A stretch of DNA of 41,135 nt from a virus (lineage: Duplodnaviria; Caudoviricetes), in the IMG/VR virus record IMGVR_UViG_3300015263_000352, positions 1-41,135 of that record; one strand, 5' to 3'. The notes below the pieces were generated by a model, which was not told where the DNA came from, did not search any database, and saw only the letters and a list, made by a program, of their open reading frames with translations. Both the position numbers and the translations under genes were made by a program. Positions 9,503 through 18,187 of this stretch are shown piece by piece (within the stretch, counting starts at the first letter, position 1; each line of letters begins with the position of its first letter).

Positions 9503-11208
9503 GCTGCCTGTCCCCCTGGTGTTTGCCCTTGTCCGAGTAATTGTGTAAGGGCGCTGCTATCAGTAGTCTTTGCTTGACTGAGATCCTTGGCGGTTTGCGC
9601 GGCCATTTGCGCTTGCTGAATTTGTTGTTGTTGCGCCATTTGCTGTTGGCGTTCTTCGCGAATCTTTTGCACCTGGTCATCACTGCGTACCAGTCTTGGC
9701 GGTACACCCAGCATGTCGGCAACCTCATCGATCGATTGATCAATGTCAATCTTGTCAATGGCGTCCTGTTTGTACTGAGCAACACTACCCACATAACCGG
9801 CGAATTTCTGAACGGACTGCATGCCGACCAGTTTTTGTGCCTGGTGCAAAATGCTGATGTATTCCACACGAAGGTTAACACCGGCCAATTCTTTTGGTGG
9901 TTCTGGAATTTGCTTGCGGCGCACCATGATGTTAAACACGCGATCGATATCAGAGTCATAAAGCTCTGTATTCAGGTTTTGAAGTACTGGACCTAAAGCC
10001 AGCAGCTTTTCTTCGTGACGTTCAGCCACTTCCGTGGCGGTAATTTGCCGGCGATCGCTCATGGCCAGCATCAAAAACAGGTCTTCATAGAAACCACGGC
10101 TTATGCGTTTCTGGTGTTCGGCGATATCTTCGCGAGCATCGCGAATGTTGAAATTGATTTCGTGCGCTGGCTTGAATCCTTGCCCATTGGTGCGGTCGTC
10201 GATGTAGGTAATATCACCAGGCAGTAACGATGCCTTGCTGTTTCGCATTGACGTGGGTGCCGTCATTGGCGGGTCAAGGGTTTTATCGATCGCTTTGGCT
10301 TTTTTCTTGTGGTAGAGCTGCAGTGCTTTGCAATCACCCAGCGTGTCCATACCAGGGCAATATCCATACACGTCATTGCCCAGCAATTCCCAGCGCGGTG
10401 ACGACAAGGGGAATTCTTCAAACCCCGATTGCCTTAAGAAACCGCCCGTTATTTTGTCGCTAGACGTCTCGTAGTACAACGAGATGAAAGGCTTGTAGCG
10501 AGCCTCAAGTTTAGACTTGTCTTTGTAGTCGTTCGGTTTAACCACATGAACGATGTCGATGAGATTTTCGTAGTTGCTGTTGTCCCACGCGTTCCTGACG
10601 TTCAGCGAAATGTTATCCCACATTGGCTTGCCGGTTTTCAAATCATAGCGAGCAAACTTCTGAACAATCTGCCGGACCGTCAATTGTTCTTCACGAACAA
10701 TTGTGTCAACTTCCAGGCGATCATTGCCGCCGAGCGCGTAGGTGCCAATCGGGTAGTTGTAACAGCGGATAATGTCTTTTTCATCTTCCATGATGGCACG
10801 TGGCGCGGTGCCAAATACAATCAAATCACCGTAGATGTACGGCATGGAATTGTAATAATTCGACTTGAGTAGTATCGCGTTCATGCGCATGGTCACGGTG
10901 TGTAGCCATTGCTTAACCGCGCCATTCTCTGCGAGATCAGGATCCGGAGTCGTGAGACGAAACCAAGGGCGCGCTGGGTTTGAGGTGCCGGACATCATAC
11001 CTGATCGTGCCGTCCTAACTGCAAGCGTTGCCGTGTTGTCGATGATTTTACTGTTACGCTTGTCGCCTTTGTTGCGTTGGTTTTTCTTAAACCTGATACG
11101 CCAAGGCAGGATGTAGTCACCCAAATCCTGCCAGTGTGGTTCCCATGTGCTGCGATCTAACAGCAATTGGGTTTTCAGTTTCTCGCAACGCTCGCGCAGT
11201 GTTTCCAT
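9499..11208 (-). CDS. Portal / head-tail connector protein
   Basis: ARPWFRL, PRW...DVYGYCPG, ITATEVAERHEEKLLALGPVL motifs. Confidence 0.93.
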   Translation of the reverse strand: METLRERCEKLKTQLLLDRSTWEPHWQDLGDYILPWRIRFKKNQRNKGDKRNSKIIDNTATLAVRTARSGMMSGTSNPARPWFRLTTPDPDLAENGAVKQWLHTVTMRMNAILLKSNYYNSMPYIYGDLIVFGTAPRAIMEDEKDIIRCYNYPIGTYALGGNDRLEVDTIVREEQLTVRQIVQKFARYDLKTGKPMWDNISLNVRNAWDNSNYENLIDIVHVVKPNDYKDKSKLEARYKPFISLYYETSSDKITGGFLRQSGFEEFPLSSPRWELLGNDVYGYCPGMDTLGDCKALQLYHKKKAKAIDKTLDPPMTAPTSMRNSKASLLPGDITYIDDRTNGQGFKPAHEINFNIRDAREDIAEHQKRISRGFYEDLFLMLAMSDRRQITATEVAERHEEKLLALGPVLQNLNTELYDSDIDRVFNIMVRRKQIPEPPKELAGVNLRVEYISILHQAQKLVGMQSVQKFAGYVGSVAQYKQDAIDKIDIDQSIDEVADMLGVPPRLVRSDDQVQKIREERQQQMAQQQQIQQAQMAAQTAKDLSQAKTTDSSALTQLLGQGQTPGGQAA

Positions 11209-11212
11209 GAAT

Positions 11213-11548
11213 TCACTGCCCTAGTAGCGTTTTACGGATCCCGTTTGCAGCTTGGCCGAACGTTCCCCCGGGGCCGGTGAGGATCGTTCCCGCTCGTCCT
11301 TGCGCCGCAAGCGCTCGTTGCTGCACGAGGCGCGTGATATCCGCTAACTTCGCGATGTTTGGTGTTGCCGCTTTGGGTGGTGCTGGTGCCTTGGGTGGTT
11401 TCGGCGGTTTGATGTTTTTCAAAAGCAGTTGCGGTAACGCGCCCGCAATGTTTAATACGTTGCCAACGCCACCAGCTAGATTGTTTAATCCATTCGAGAT
11501 GCCGTTGCCGATGTTATCCACCGCTTTAGTGACAGGATTCGAGCCCAT
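11213..11548 (-). CDS. Small virion-assembly protein
   Basis: Pro/Lys-rich linker, GRAGTILTG and C-terminal KTLLGQ typical of the gene preceding such portals. Confidence 0.65.
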   Translation of the reverse strand: MGSNPVTKAVDNIGNGISNGLNNLAGGVGNVLNIAGALPQLLLKNIKPPKPPKAPAPPKAATPNIAKLADITRLVQQRALAAQGRAGTILTGPGGTFGQAANGIRKTLLGQ

Positions 11549-11560
11549 GACTTTGCTCCC

Positions 11561-12016
11561 TTACTTATCGAGTCGTTTAACATACAAGAGCTCATTGAGC
11601 TCGTATCCGAGTCTTTCAAGTAGGGGTCCAAAGTTGTGGTTTATTTTGACGTGATGGTAGACAAGTTGCACACCATCTTGTTGGAGTTGCTTATCCGCGT
11701 ATTGAATTAATTGTATACCAATTCTTGATTTTCTGTAAGCTGGCGTCACAAAGAGCACATCCTGGTGAGCTTGCATAGAATCCATGTAATGGATATTCGT
11801 TGACACCAGGTACGCAGCATAGCCGATCAGTTGATCATCGTGTCGCACCGTGTAGATTCGAAACATCCCGGTATTTTCCAATTGTCCGTATTGCTCAACA
11901 TCCGGATTGAGTGGAATGTCGTGATATCGTGCGATTTCCTGGTAGTGTTGCTCGATGAGTGGTGCTAGATCAGACCATAACTCGTTGATATTCTCGCGTT
12001 GGAATTGCAGGTTCAC
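11561..12016 (-). CDS. GNAT family N-acetyltransferase
   Basis: LIGYAAY, DVLFVTPAYRKSRIGIQLI (acetyl-CoA motif A), LLERLGY. Confidence 0.8.
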   Translation of the reverse strand: MNLQFQRENINELWSDLAPLIEQHYQEIARYHDIPLNPDVEQYGQLENTGMFRIYTVRHDDQLIGYAAYLVSTNIHYMDSMQAHQDVLFVTPAYRKSRIGIQLIQYADKQLQQDGVQLVYHHVKINHNFGPLLERLGYELNELLYVKRLDK

Positions 12017-12076
12017 GGCTGCTACCCTTTTTTTTAATTCACTTGAGTATTGGAAAACCGCCAGCAGATTGCAACG

Positions 12077-13522
12077 TTACTGGTAGCGTGAATCATCGAA
12101 TGGATCGTATTCTGTTTTGGCGCGATGGTTATCGGACTGCAGTTGGTCTTCAAGTTTGTTTCTCGGTTTGGGCACCACCGGTTGCGCGAACGTCAGCGCA
12201 AAGCCATCCGATTCGTCTGGTGACTCGCCGCCCAGGTCTTCCTTGATTTGGTCTTTATCGATCACCTTGAATTTACCATTTTGAAAATCGTACTTGATGG
12301 CGCATAACTGGCGTTTGAGGTTTGGCACATTGGGCAAGGCGCCGCCGTTCTTCACCCACTCTGATGCCTCGAAATACATTTCAGCGCGAATGTTCACGTA
12401 CCGCGGATCGCTGGCCTTACCGTTGAACGCAATGGGGATTGGAGTGTGACCAGACTGGATCAAACTGTCTTCGACACCCGTAGACCATCCGCCAGTGCTA
12501 TCCAGGAACATCGCGTCTGCGTCCCACTTGTTGTGCGCCTTAGCAATACGGGCAGCGAATTCGTGGCTGCGTTGGTTACGCGTAATGACAGGCATGAACG
12601 CCGCCTTACCTTGGCGTGGAAATATCACGTTTTTATCGTCCCCGAAACGAGCTGTGTCGATACCCAACACCTTCGCGGCGAAGTCGTATTGATCTTTGCG
12701 CAAGTGCCGTTCCATAGCCGCTTGCACTTCGTCAGGACTGAATAGCGCGTTGAGTGAAGACGGTGGAAACTTCCCGAACACGTTGACCAGCACCCACGGA
12801 TTGTCGCGTCCATACTTCTCGATCTGTTCACGAGCCCACTGCATGCTAATGCGTGGCGAGCGTTTCGGGTCGTCTGGATCCCCAGTGATCTCGAACACTT
12901 TCCACAAATGCGCCTCATTGGTCACAGCTGCATAGAGCGGACCTTCCAAGTGAGTCGGGTTTCCTGCCTGCATGATTTTGCACTCGATACCGGTAGACAA
13001 TCCACCTTCGGCGGCAGCCATTACCGCGTTGGGTATGCCGCCTGATTCGTCCAGGATGAACAGCAGGTAATCCGCGTGAAGGCCTGCCAGTGTGTTGGCT
13101 TGCTGTTCCTGGTCGGCACCCTTGGACCAGGTACGGGCTGACAGGAACCACGTTTCAGGATGCTGCTTTGCGAATACTCGGGTTTTTGTCCATTCAAATG
13201 CGTGTTTTAGATATTCGGATTTATTGCGCCACTTGGCGAGCTCCGGCCACAAGTTATCAGCCAGGTTGTCAGCGGTGATGGACGTGGCTGCGCATTTTGG
13301 ATGTGGTCGAGTACTCAGGAAGTTCCAGGCACACCACGCAAGGATCGCGGTTTTACCTGGTCCCTTGCAGGCTTTCATCGCTAGGCGTTGGTTGTACGGG
13401 AAGGCCTCAAGTACATCGCGTTGCCAGGGATCAGGATCCACACCGAATTGATCATAAACAAACTGGACTGGATATTCTCGCCATTGTCGTATTTGTTCAG
13501 CGGCGATATTAAAATCGGTCAT
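12077..13522 (-). CDS. terL: Terminase large subunit
   Basis: Walker A-like ACKGPGKT, Walker B LFILDE, AGNP motif, nuclease LGIDTARFGDD and SPDESD. Confidence 0.93.
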   Translation of the reverse strand: MTDFNIAAEQIRQWREYPVQFVYDQFGVDPDPWQRDVLEAFPYNQRLAMKACKGPGKTAILAWCAWNFLSTRPHPKCAATSITADNLADNLWPELAKWRNKSEYLKHAFEWTKTRVFAKQHPETWFLSARTWSKGADQEQQANTLAGLHADYLLFILDESGGIPNAVMAAAEGGLSTGIECKIMQAGNPTHLEGPLYAAVTNEAHLWKVFEITGDPDDPKRSPRISMQWAREQIEKYGRDNPWVLVNVFGKFPPSSLNALFSPDEVQAAMERHLRKDQYDFAAKVLGIDTARFGDDKNVIFPRQGKAAFMPVITRNQRSHEFAARIAKAHNKWDADAMFLDSTGGWSTGVEDSLIQSGHTPIPIAFNGKASDPRYVNIRAEMYFEASEWVKNGGALPNVPNLKRQLCAIKYDFQNGKFKVIDKDQIKEDLGGESPDESDGFALTFAQPVVPKPRNKLEDQLQSDNHRAKTEYDPFDDSRYQ

Positions 13523-14094
13523 GCTGCTTTGTCGTTATCTTTTTCGTTGTTGTTGTCTTTTGGTTTCATGCTCTCAGCGATAATCTGTTCCAGTGTCTTA
13601 CCGACATCAACTTCAAACTTGTCGGTAAACATCTTGTAATAGCGTCCGAGCATTTCAGTGAATTTTGTTTTATCCGTTTTGTACTCGAATACTTTCCGGC
13701 CGTTCTTGCCCTTCGTCATCTTAACGCCTGTTATCCCGCGCCGCACCCACTCTGGCAAGTCTTGTATCGGTCGAACGTTTCCGTTCTTATCAAACAGCTG
13801 GCCAAGGTCAATCAACGCGCCGGCACACATCTCTTTGAACACACGCAATGCGTCAACGTCCGCCGCTTCTTCGACGGCTTTTTGTTTCTTGTTTATATAT
13901 TCGACAAACTTAGCATTCTTTAGCAATCTCGACGCAGCCGTGTGCGCGGCTTTGTCACCGCACTTGTAGATTTTCTTGTAACAAGCACTAAGGTTGCCAC
14001 GTAGTGACTCATCAGGAGAGCCACGGAACAGATCAGCAACAGCGAGCTGCTTGTCGTTTATTCCGTGGCTATTTTTTTTCTGTTTACCAGGCAT
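13519..14094 (-). CDS. terS: Terminase small subunit
   Basis: AASRLLKN, LFDKNGNVRPIQDLPE, EMLGRY motifs; ATGA overlap with terL. Confidence 0.8.
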   Translation of the reverse strand: MPGKQKKNSHGINDKQLAVADLFRGSPDESLRGNLSACYKKIYKCGDKAAHTAASRLLKNAKFVEYINKKQKAVEEAADVDALRVFKEMCAGALIDLGQLFDKNGNVRPIQDLPEWVRRGITGVKMTKGKNGRKVFEYKTDKTKFTEMLGRYYKMFTDKFEVDVGKTLEQIIAESMKPKDNNNEKDNDKAA

Positions 14095-14549
14095 TAGAGC
14101 TCGAGTTCTTTTTGCACCATGATATCGTGTGCCTTCAATGTCTCAAAGAACGTAAACAAATACGCGTCCTTTTTCTTCTGATCCATTTTTATGTAGTCTA
14201 ACCCTGCCTTGTAACCGGCTTTGTTAAGGCCTTTCGTTTCAGCTTTAGCCAGCTGTGAATTGACTTCGCTTTGCTGCTCAGCACGTTTGTTACGCGCTTC
14301 GTCAATTTTTGTAGATAAATTGAGAATGATTGCCTTTCGCTCATCAGCATCCAGCTTGAGAAAGCGTTCCAGTTTTGTCTCTTTCTCATTATCGTCTTCG
14401 GCGGTTTCGTCATTTCCCTCAGTATCCGCCTGTTCCTGCGCTTCAAGTGCTTTCTGAACTTCTTCGCCGAATTCGTCATCCAAAAATTCCCCTTGTGGTT
14501 CTTCGTCGATAAAGTCTTCTTCGAAAATATCATCCGCTGGTTTGTTCAT
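14094..14549 (-). CDS. GapR/DUF2312-like DNA-binding protein with acidic N-terminal extension
   Basis: Coiled coil then AKAETKGLNKAGYKAGLDYIKMDQKKKDAY...FFETL, resembling the GapR pattern. Confidence 0.5.
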   Translation of the reverse strand: MNKPADDIFEEDFIDEEPQGEFLDDEFGEEVQKALEAQEQADTEGNDETAEDDNEKETKLERFLKLDADERKAIILNLSTKIDEARNKRAEQQSEVNSQLAKAETKGLNKAGYKAGLDYIKMDQKKKDAYLFTFFETLKAHDIMVQKELEL

Positions 14550-14551
14550 CG

Positions 14552-14983
14552 TTATGTTCCTCCGTACATGGATTGAATATCAACACCGTGGAATGCCTTC
14601 ACCAGTTTACGTTTTAATTTGAAGACTGGATCCACGTTCTTGATATGGCCCTTAACGTCCACGACGATTGTTTGCTTTGTTACTAAATCATCATAGACAA
14701 AATCTGCGACGTATTTTGTAATCAGCTGCCCTTCGTACTCGATTTTAAATGGCACACTGGTGCGCAAGTTGGTTATTAATCCCAATTCTTTACGTCGCCA
14801 TAATTCATAATAATAATTTTTTTCCACCTTTGACATGAAGTACAGTAATTTTTTACCACCGCACGCTTTACAGAATTTTGTTTTTTTATTGTGTTCGTGA
14901 TGGCATAGTATGCACATCCAGGTGCGTAACGCCCGCTGGTGCCCTTGTGTTTTGTGTCGAATGGGTGGAAGTAAATTTCTCAT
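14552..14983 (-). CDS. DUF1064-like PD-(D/E)XK endonuclease with Zn ribbon (possible Holliday junction resolvase)
   Basis: CxxC...CxxC, FMSKVEKNYY, YVADFVY, VVDVKG, FKLKRKL. Confidence 0.75.
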   Translation of the reverse strand: MRNLLPPIRHKTQGHQRALRTWMCILCHHEHNKKTKFCKACGGKKLLYFMSKVEKNYYYELWRRKELGLITNLRTSVPFKIEYEGQLITKYVADFVYDDLVTKQTIVVDVKGHIKNVDPVFKLKRKLVKAFHGVDIQSMYGGT

Positions 14984-14984
14984 T

Positions 14985-15074
14985 TCAAATATTTAATCCG
15001 ATGATTATCCCTATCGCTAAAGCACAAATTGCCAATATCACCGCATCGGTAACACTAACGTAGTGCTGTCTCAT
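14985..15074 (-). CDS. 29-aa membrane peptide
   Basis: MRQHYVSVTDAVILAICALAIGIIIGLNI; ATGA overlap with the upstream gene, fills the gap exactly. Confidence 0.55.
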   Translation of the reverse strand: MRQHYVSVTDAVILAICALAIGIIIGLNI

Positions 15075-15442
15075 GTTCCGAGCTCTTTCGCCAAACTTAC
15101 ATCTTTAAAATATTCGTTGGCATAAAACTCAGCTGTGTGGTTTTTGCAGCGCGCGTGATGGATACCCCACTGCAGTTCGTCGCATCCTTCCTCGATACAC
15201 GTCTGCAATCCGTGATTGTTCTTGACCGTTTTCGGATTGATAATTTTCAGTAAGTCAGCCGGTCGTGGCGGATGCGCTGACGATCGGCGATGCATTGACA
15301 ATGCGTGTGCGATTTGCTGAAGCGAGCAATCCAGGAGATCAAACCAAAACTGGTCCAACACATCCACGTCGATTGTTTTGTTATATACCTTCCAAGTGGA
15401 TGCAATTAATTTTGCAAATTGTTCGCGTTCGTCATCAACCAT
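15071..15442 (-). CDS. Putative helicase loader/inhibitor-like replication protein
   Basis: FWFDLL...ALSMHRRSSAHPPRPADL pattern; coupled downstream of the initiator. Confidence 0.55.
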   Translation of the reverse strand: MVDDEREQFAKLIASTWKVYNKTIDVDVLDQFWFDLLDCSLQQIAHALSMHRRSSAHPPRPADLLKIINPKTVKNNHGLQTCIEEGCDELQWGIHHARCKNHTAEFYANEYFKDVSLAKELGT

Positions 15443-16274
15443 GCGCACCCCCGTTCACGAATTTTTGGATTGCGTCGTCTTCCCGATCCGCTGGTGTAAT
15501 GCGAGCGTTGTTCTGTGCTTTGGATAACCAGCCATTCACATATCGCATGATCCCGCTTTTGGTCTTTCGCCGTCTAGGGTTGTTAAGACTCCACCCCTTA
15601 CAATTTCGAAGTTCCTGCATCACATCGATACCAGGGTAGAGTTCCAGAAATTGATCCACCATCGCTTGTGTAATCGGGAAATCGGTTTTGTCGTTTAACG
15701 GTATGAGGATCACAGTAGGCGATTCAGGTATGAGCGTTGCGTCGTCCACGCGTTGACGCTCAAGGCTATATCCCTTCCCTTCCCTTCCTGTTCCCTTCCC
15801 TTCCCTTCCCTTCCCTTCCCCCGAGGTTGTTCCGTACGAATCAGACAACGCGTCGTTATTGTGTAGTTCACGCGTGAGCGACGCGTCAGTAAATGTTTGA
15901 CTTTGCGTTGTTTGTTCTTCGATAACTTCCTCAGATTCGTCGATTCCAGGGATATCGGAGTCTTTTTCGCGGTGATTGATCACTTGATGCTTACGAAACG
16001 TCGGAATACACCCGTACCACTCGCGTCCCACACGGTATTTGACGACCATTCCAAGCGTGAGCCACGCGTCGAGCACGCGTGAAAAATCGATTTCATCGTA
16101 AGGTAATACGTCAAGTTTCAGTTCCCAGGGTCGCCATTTGAAACGGCCTTCACGATCGCAGACCGTAAACATCATGACCCAGGCAAACCGAATCGGCGCC
16201 TTGAGAGTCTTTTCCAATTCGAAAAGATCACGGTGCCTTGCAAGTTCGGGTTTCACTGTTCTGATGCGAGCCAT
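15435..16274 (-). CDS. Phage replication initiator (lambda O-like / replisome organiser)
   Basis: MARIRTVKPE, CDREGRF, FRKHQVIN, GKGREGKG linker, YPGIDVMQEL..NPRRRKT..YVNGWL C-domain. Confidence 0.8.
   Translation of the reverse strand: MARIRTVKPELARHRDLFELEKTLKAPIRFAWVMMFTVCDREGRFKWRPWELKLDVLPYDEIDFSRVLDAWLTLGMVVKYRVGREWYGCIPTFRKHQVINHREKDSDIPGIDESEEVIEEQTTQSQTFTDASLTRELHNNDALSDSYGTTSGEGKGREGKGTGREGKGYSLERQRVDDATLIPESPTVILIPLNDKTDFPITQAMVDQFLELYPGIDVMQELRNCKGWSLNNPRRRKTKSGIMRYVNGWLSKAQNNARITPADREDDAIQKFVNGGAHG
15748..16080. repeat. Cluster of six ACGCGT palindromes (candidate origin iterons)
   Basis: ACGCGT at 15748, 15848, 15870, 15881, 16064 and 16075; two pairs spaced 11 bp. Confidence 0.6.
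15771..15822. repeat. (TTCCC)n pentamer tract inside the initiator
   Basis: About ten near-perfect TTCCC units encoding GEGKGREGKGTGREGKG. Confidence 0.85.
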
Positions 16275-16519
16275 AGTTATCCACTTTGTTGGTTGTTGGT
16301 TAATGGGGTTGCCGTCTTATCGTGATTAACTTTTCCCGTATTGCCGCCCGGACTATCAAAGGCGTACCGCGCAATCGCTGGTTTGTTTTACCCACACCGC
16401 AGCCGTGAAAGAACAGCATCGGAGGCAGCTTGCAGTTAGAGATCACAACTTTGGTCACCATCCAGACGGCAAAACAGCGGGACGGCTTGGATACCAGACG
16501 ACCTCCTTTTGATTTTGTT

Positions 16520-16555
16520 AAAAAAAATACCGGCGTCGCTAGGGAAACGCCGGTA
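16520..16555 (-). terminator. Intrinsic terminator (tR1-like) between cro and the replication genes
   Basis: TACCGGCGT-N10-ACGCCGGTA stem followed by T8 on the minus strand. Confidence 0.8.
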
Positions 16556-16702
16556 CCAAGTTTGGGAGGGTGCTGCTTTTTTTGTTGTGTTATGCGTAAA
16601 ATCCATTACACTAACACCTATGCTCAGTTAATATTTATGGTTGAGCAGAAAAATATACTTACACAGTAAAACTGTGAATCAGTTACCTTGCTTTTGTAGC
16701 CA

Positions 16703-16927
16703 TTAAGCCGCATTCTCGCTTTGTTGTTCTGGTTGGTTCAGCGTTGTTTTCTCGGTAACTTCTTTGTGCAGGGCGATGAGCTTTTCCCCCAAACCGTGTG
16801 GTGGTTCCTGACCTTTTTTGATGCGATGGATTCGCGTCTGGTAGGTACCCACGCGTGCCGCAATGCGTGCCTCGGAGCGGGTTTCATCGAACTGCAATAG
16901 CTCGTTGATTAGATTTGACCAATTCAT
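16703..16927 (-). CDS. Cro-like HTH regulator
   Basis: SEARIAARVGTYQTRIHRIKKGQEPPHGLGEKLIALH; divergent from the repressor. Confidence 0.8.
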   Translation of the reverse strand: MNWSNLINELLQFDETRSEARIAARVGTYQTRIHRIKKGQEPPHGLGEKLIALHKEVTEKTTLNQPEQQSENAA

Positions 16928-16933
16928 TACCCA

Positions 16934-17013
16934 AATCTAATACACATTTGTATTGCTTGCAAGTCAATTAATGCTGATTTGTATTTTTCAGGGATGGGAA
17001 TTGTCTCTATGAT
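16934..17013. promoter_or_regulatory. Divergent switch: PR-like promoter (minus), PRM-like promoter (plus) and two operators
   Basis: Minus strand TTGCAA-17-TAGATT; plus strand -10 TATGAT (17008-13); operators AATACA-CATT-TGTATT (16939-54) and AATGCT-GATT-TGTATT (16970-85). Confidence 0.7.
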
Positions 17014-17020
17014 TGGCCAA

Positions 17021-17434
17021 ATGATGGACGTAAGTAACGTTTTAAGCTATTTGATGAAAAAGCAGGGATTGTCTGAGAACAAGCTCGCGCGCGACAGCGG
17101 TGTTCCTCAGCCGTCCATTCATCGCATATTGACTGGCGACGTCCAAGACCCCATGACCAAGACCATCAAACCCTTGGCGGACTACTTCAAAATCACAGTA
17201 GCACAATTACGCGGTGAAGCACCGATCGAAACGTTTGTTTATGAATGGATTGATATTATTATGGACGAAGCCAAAGCTATGGTAGAAGAGTCACCATTCA
17301 AACTGGGGGTAAGTTTCTATAAACAATTTCTGAAATATGGCTTAGAAGCCGTAAAAAATGAATTGCCACCGGCAGATCCGGAAAGACTGGCCGCTGTCAG
17401 AAAGCGATTACGCACCGGGTTTGAGTTGCGATGA
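17021..17434 (+). CDS. CI-like XRE repressor without an S24 peptidase domain
   Basis: LSENKLARDSGVPQPSIHRILTG..DP...IKPLADYFKITVAQLRGE HTH; start placed at ATG 17021. Confidence 0.85.
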   Translation: MMDVSNVLSYLMKKQGLSENKLARDSGVPQPSIHRILTGDVQDPMTKTIKPLADYFKITVAQLRGEAPIETFVYEWIDIIMDEAKAMVEESPFKLGVSFYKQFLKYGLEAVKNELPPADPERLAAVRKRLRTGFELR

Positions 17435-17802
17435 GAATCACCTGGTTATTGCCGGCCACTCTTTTGATCAGCTGCGTAGCCACACCACAACGCCCACACG
17501 CCCCGCCCTTACCGCTCTCCACAACCAACGCCATCCAAGGTTATAAAACCTGTGTTCATGATAATACGGAGCTTCTCAAGCGCGCAGACGCTGAGCCTGA
17601 CAATATCGCTGACGCTGTTTTGTCTCGCTGCGAAATTCAACACGACAACGTTCGTGCTGAGTTGCACAAATACTACGACACCATCACCACCGACACATCC
17701 ATCACCGAGCCTGCCATTCGCCGCATCGAAAGCGAATACCAAATAAAATTAAGACGTTATGTTATTAATGCGGTTGTATCTGAAAGGGTTATAAGTAAAT
17801 AG
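17431..17802 (+). CDS. Lipoprotein, candidate superinfection-exclusion or lysogenic-conversion factor
   Basis: Signal peptide with lipobox LLISC; ATGA overlap with the repressor. Confidence 0.65.
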   Translation: MRITWLLPATLLISCVATPQRPHAPPLPLSTTNAIQGYKTCVHDNTELLKRADAEPDNIADAVLSRCEIQHDNVRAELHKYYDTITTDTSITEPAIRRIESEYQIKLRRYVINAVVSERVISK

Positions 17803-17838
17803 CTACAAGATAATAATTTAATTTTATAGAGGATAAAT

Positions 17839-17854
17839 TATACAGATTTGCATT
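17839..17854. promoter_or_regulatory. Degenerate repressor operator
   Basis: TATACA-GATT-TGCATT, two mismatches to AATACA-N4-TGTATT. Confidence 0.45.
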
Positions 17855-17915
17855 AGGTTAAATCGTTACCTATTGTAACCCGCTCTGTTTTATTCGTATA
17901 CATCTAGGGGTCAAC

Positions 17916-18041
17916 ATGGATAATGATATAAGAATCAAAATATTAGAGGCGTACAAGAGGGATATCCGACTAAAAAGAATGATTATTTTCTGTTTTACGA
18001 GTTATGTTTTTCTACATAACGTAATGCACGTCATCAGTTGA
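17916..18041 (+). CDS. 41-aa peptide with hydrophobic C-terminus
   Basis: AGGGG RBS; MDNDIRIKILEAYKRDIRLKRMIIFCFTSYVFLHNVMHVIS. Confidence 0.5.
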   Translation: MDNDIRIKILEAYKRDIRLKRMIIFCFTSYVFLHNVMHVIS

Positions 18042-18187
18042 ACACTGTTTTTTCGTTTCTTTCGGAAAACCTGAATTCAGCTTGTTACGGTTCCCTACAA
18101 ATTCCAAACAAATCGCTTACATAGTCCCCTTATGTAGCTGTGACGCATGCCGCCAAAAAAAAGACAAGTAAATTATTTTTGAGAAAT

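Noticed and set aside
443-13969. Many plus-strand ORFs in the track opposite the structural genes (also 32746-41097)
   Set aside because: They are antisense shadows of long, motif-bearing minus-strand genes and have no recognisable motifs.
16277-16285. DnaA box TTATCCACT before the initiator
   Set aside because: A single one-mismatch copy that coincides with the gene's RBS (GTGGA on the minus strand); plausible by chance.
16436-16606. 56-aa minus-strand ORF MDFTHNTTKKAAPSQ... as a cII equivalent
   Set aside because: It runs through the terminator hairpin and has no HTH or protein-like pattern; at most a leader peptide.
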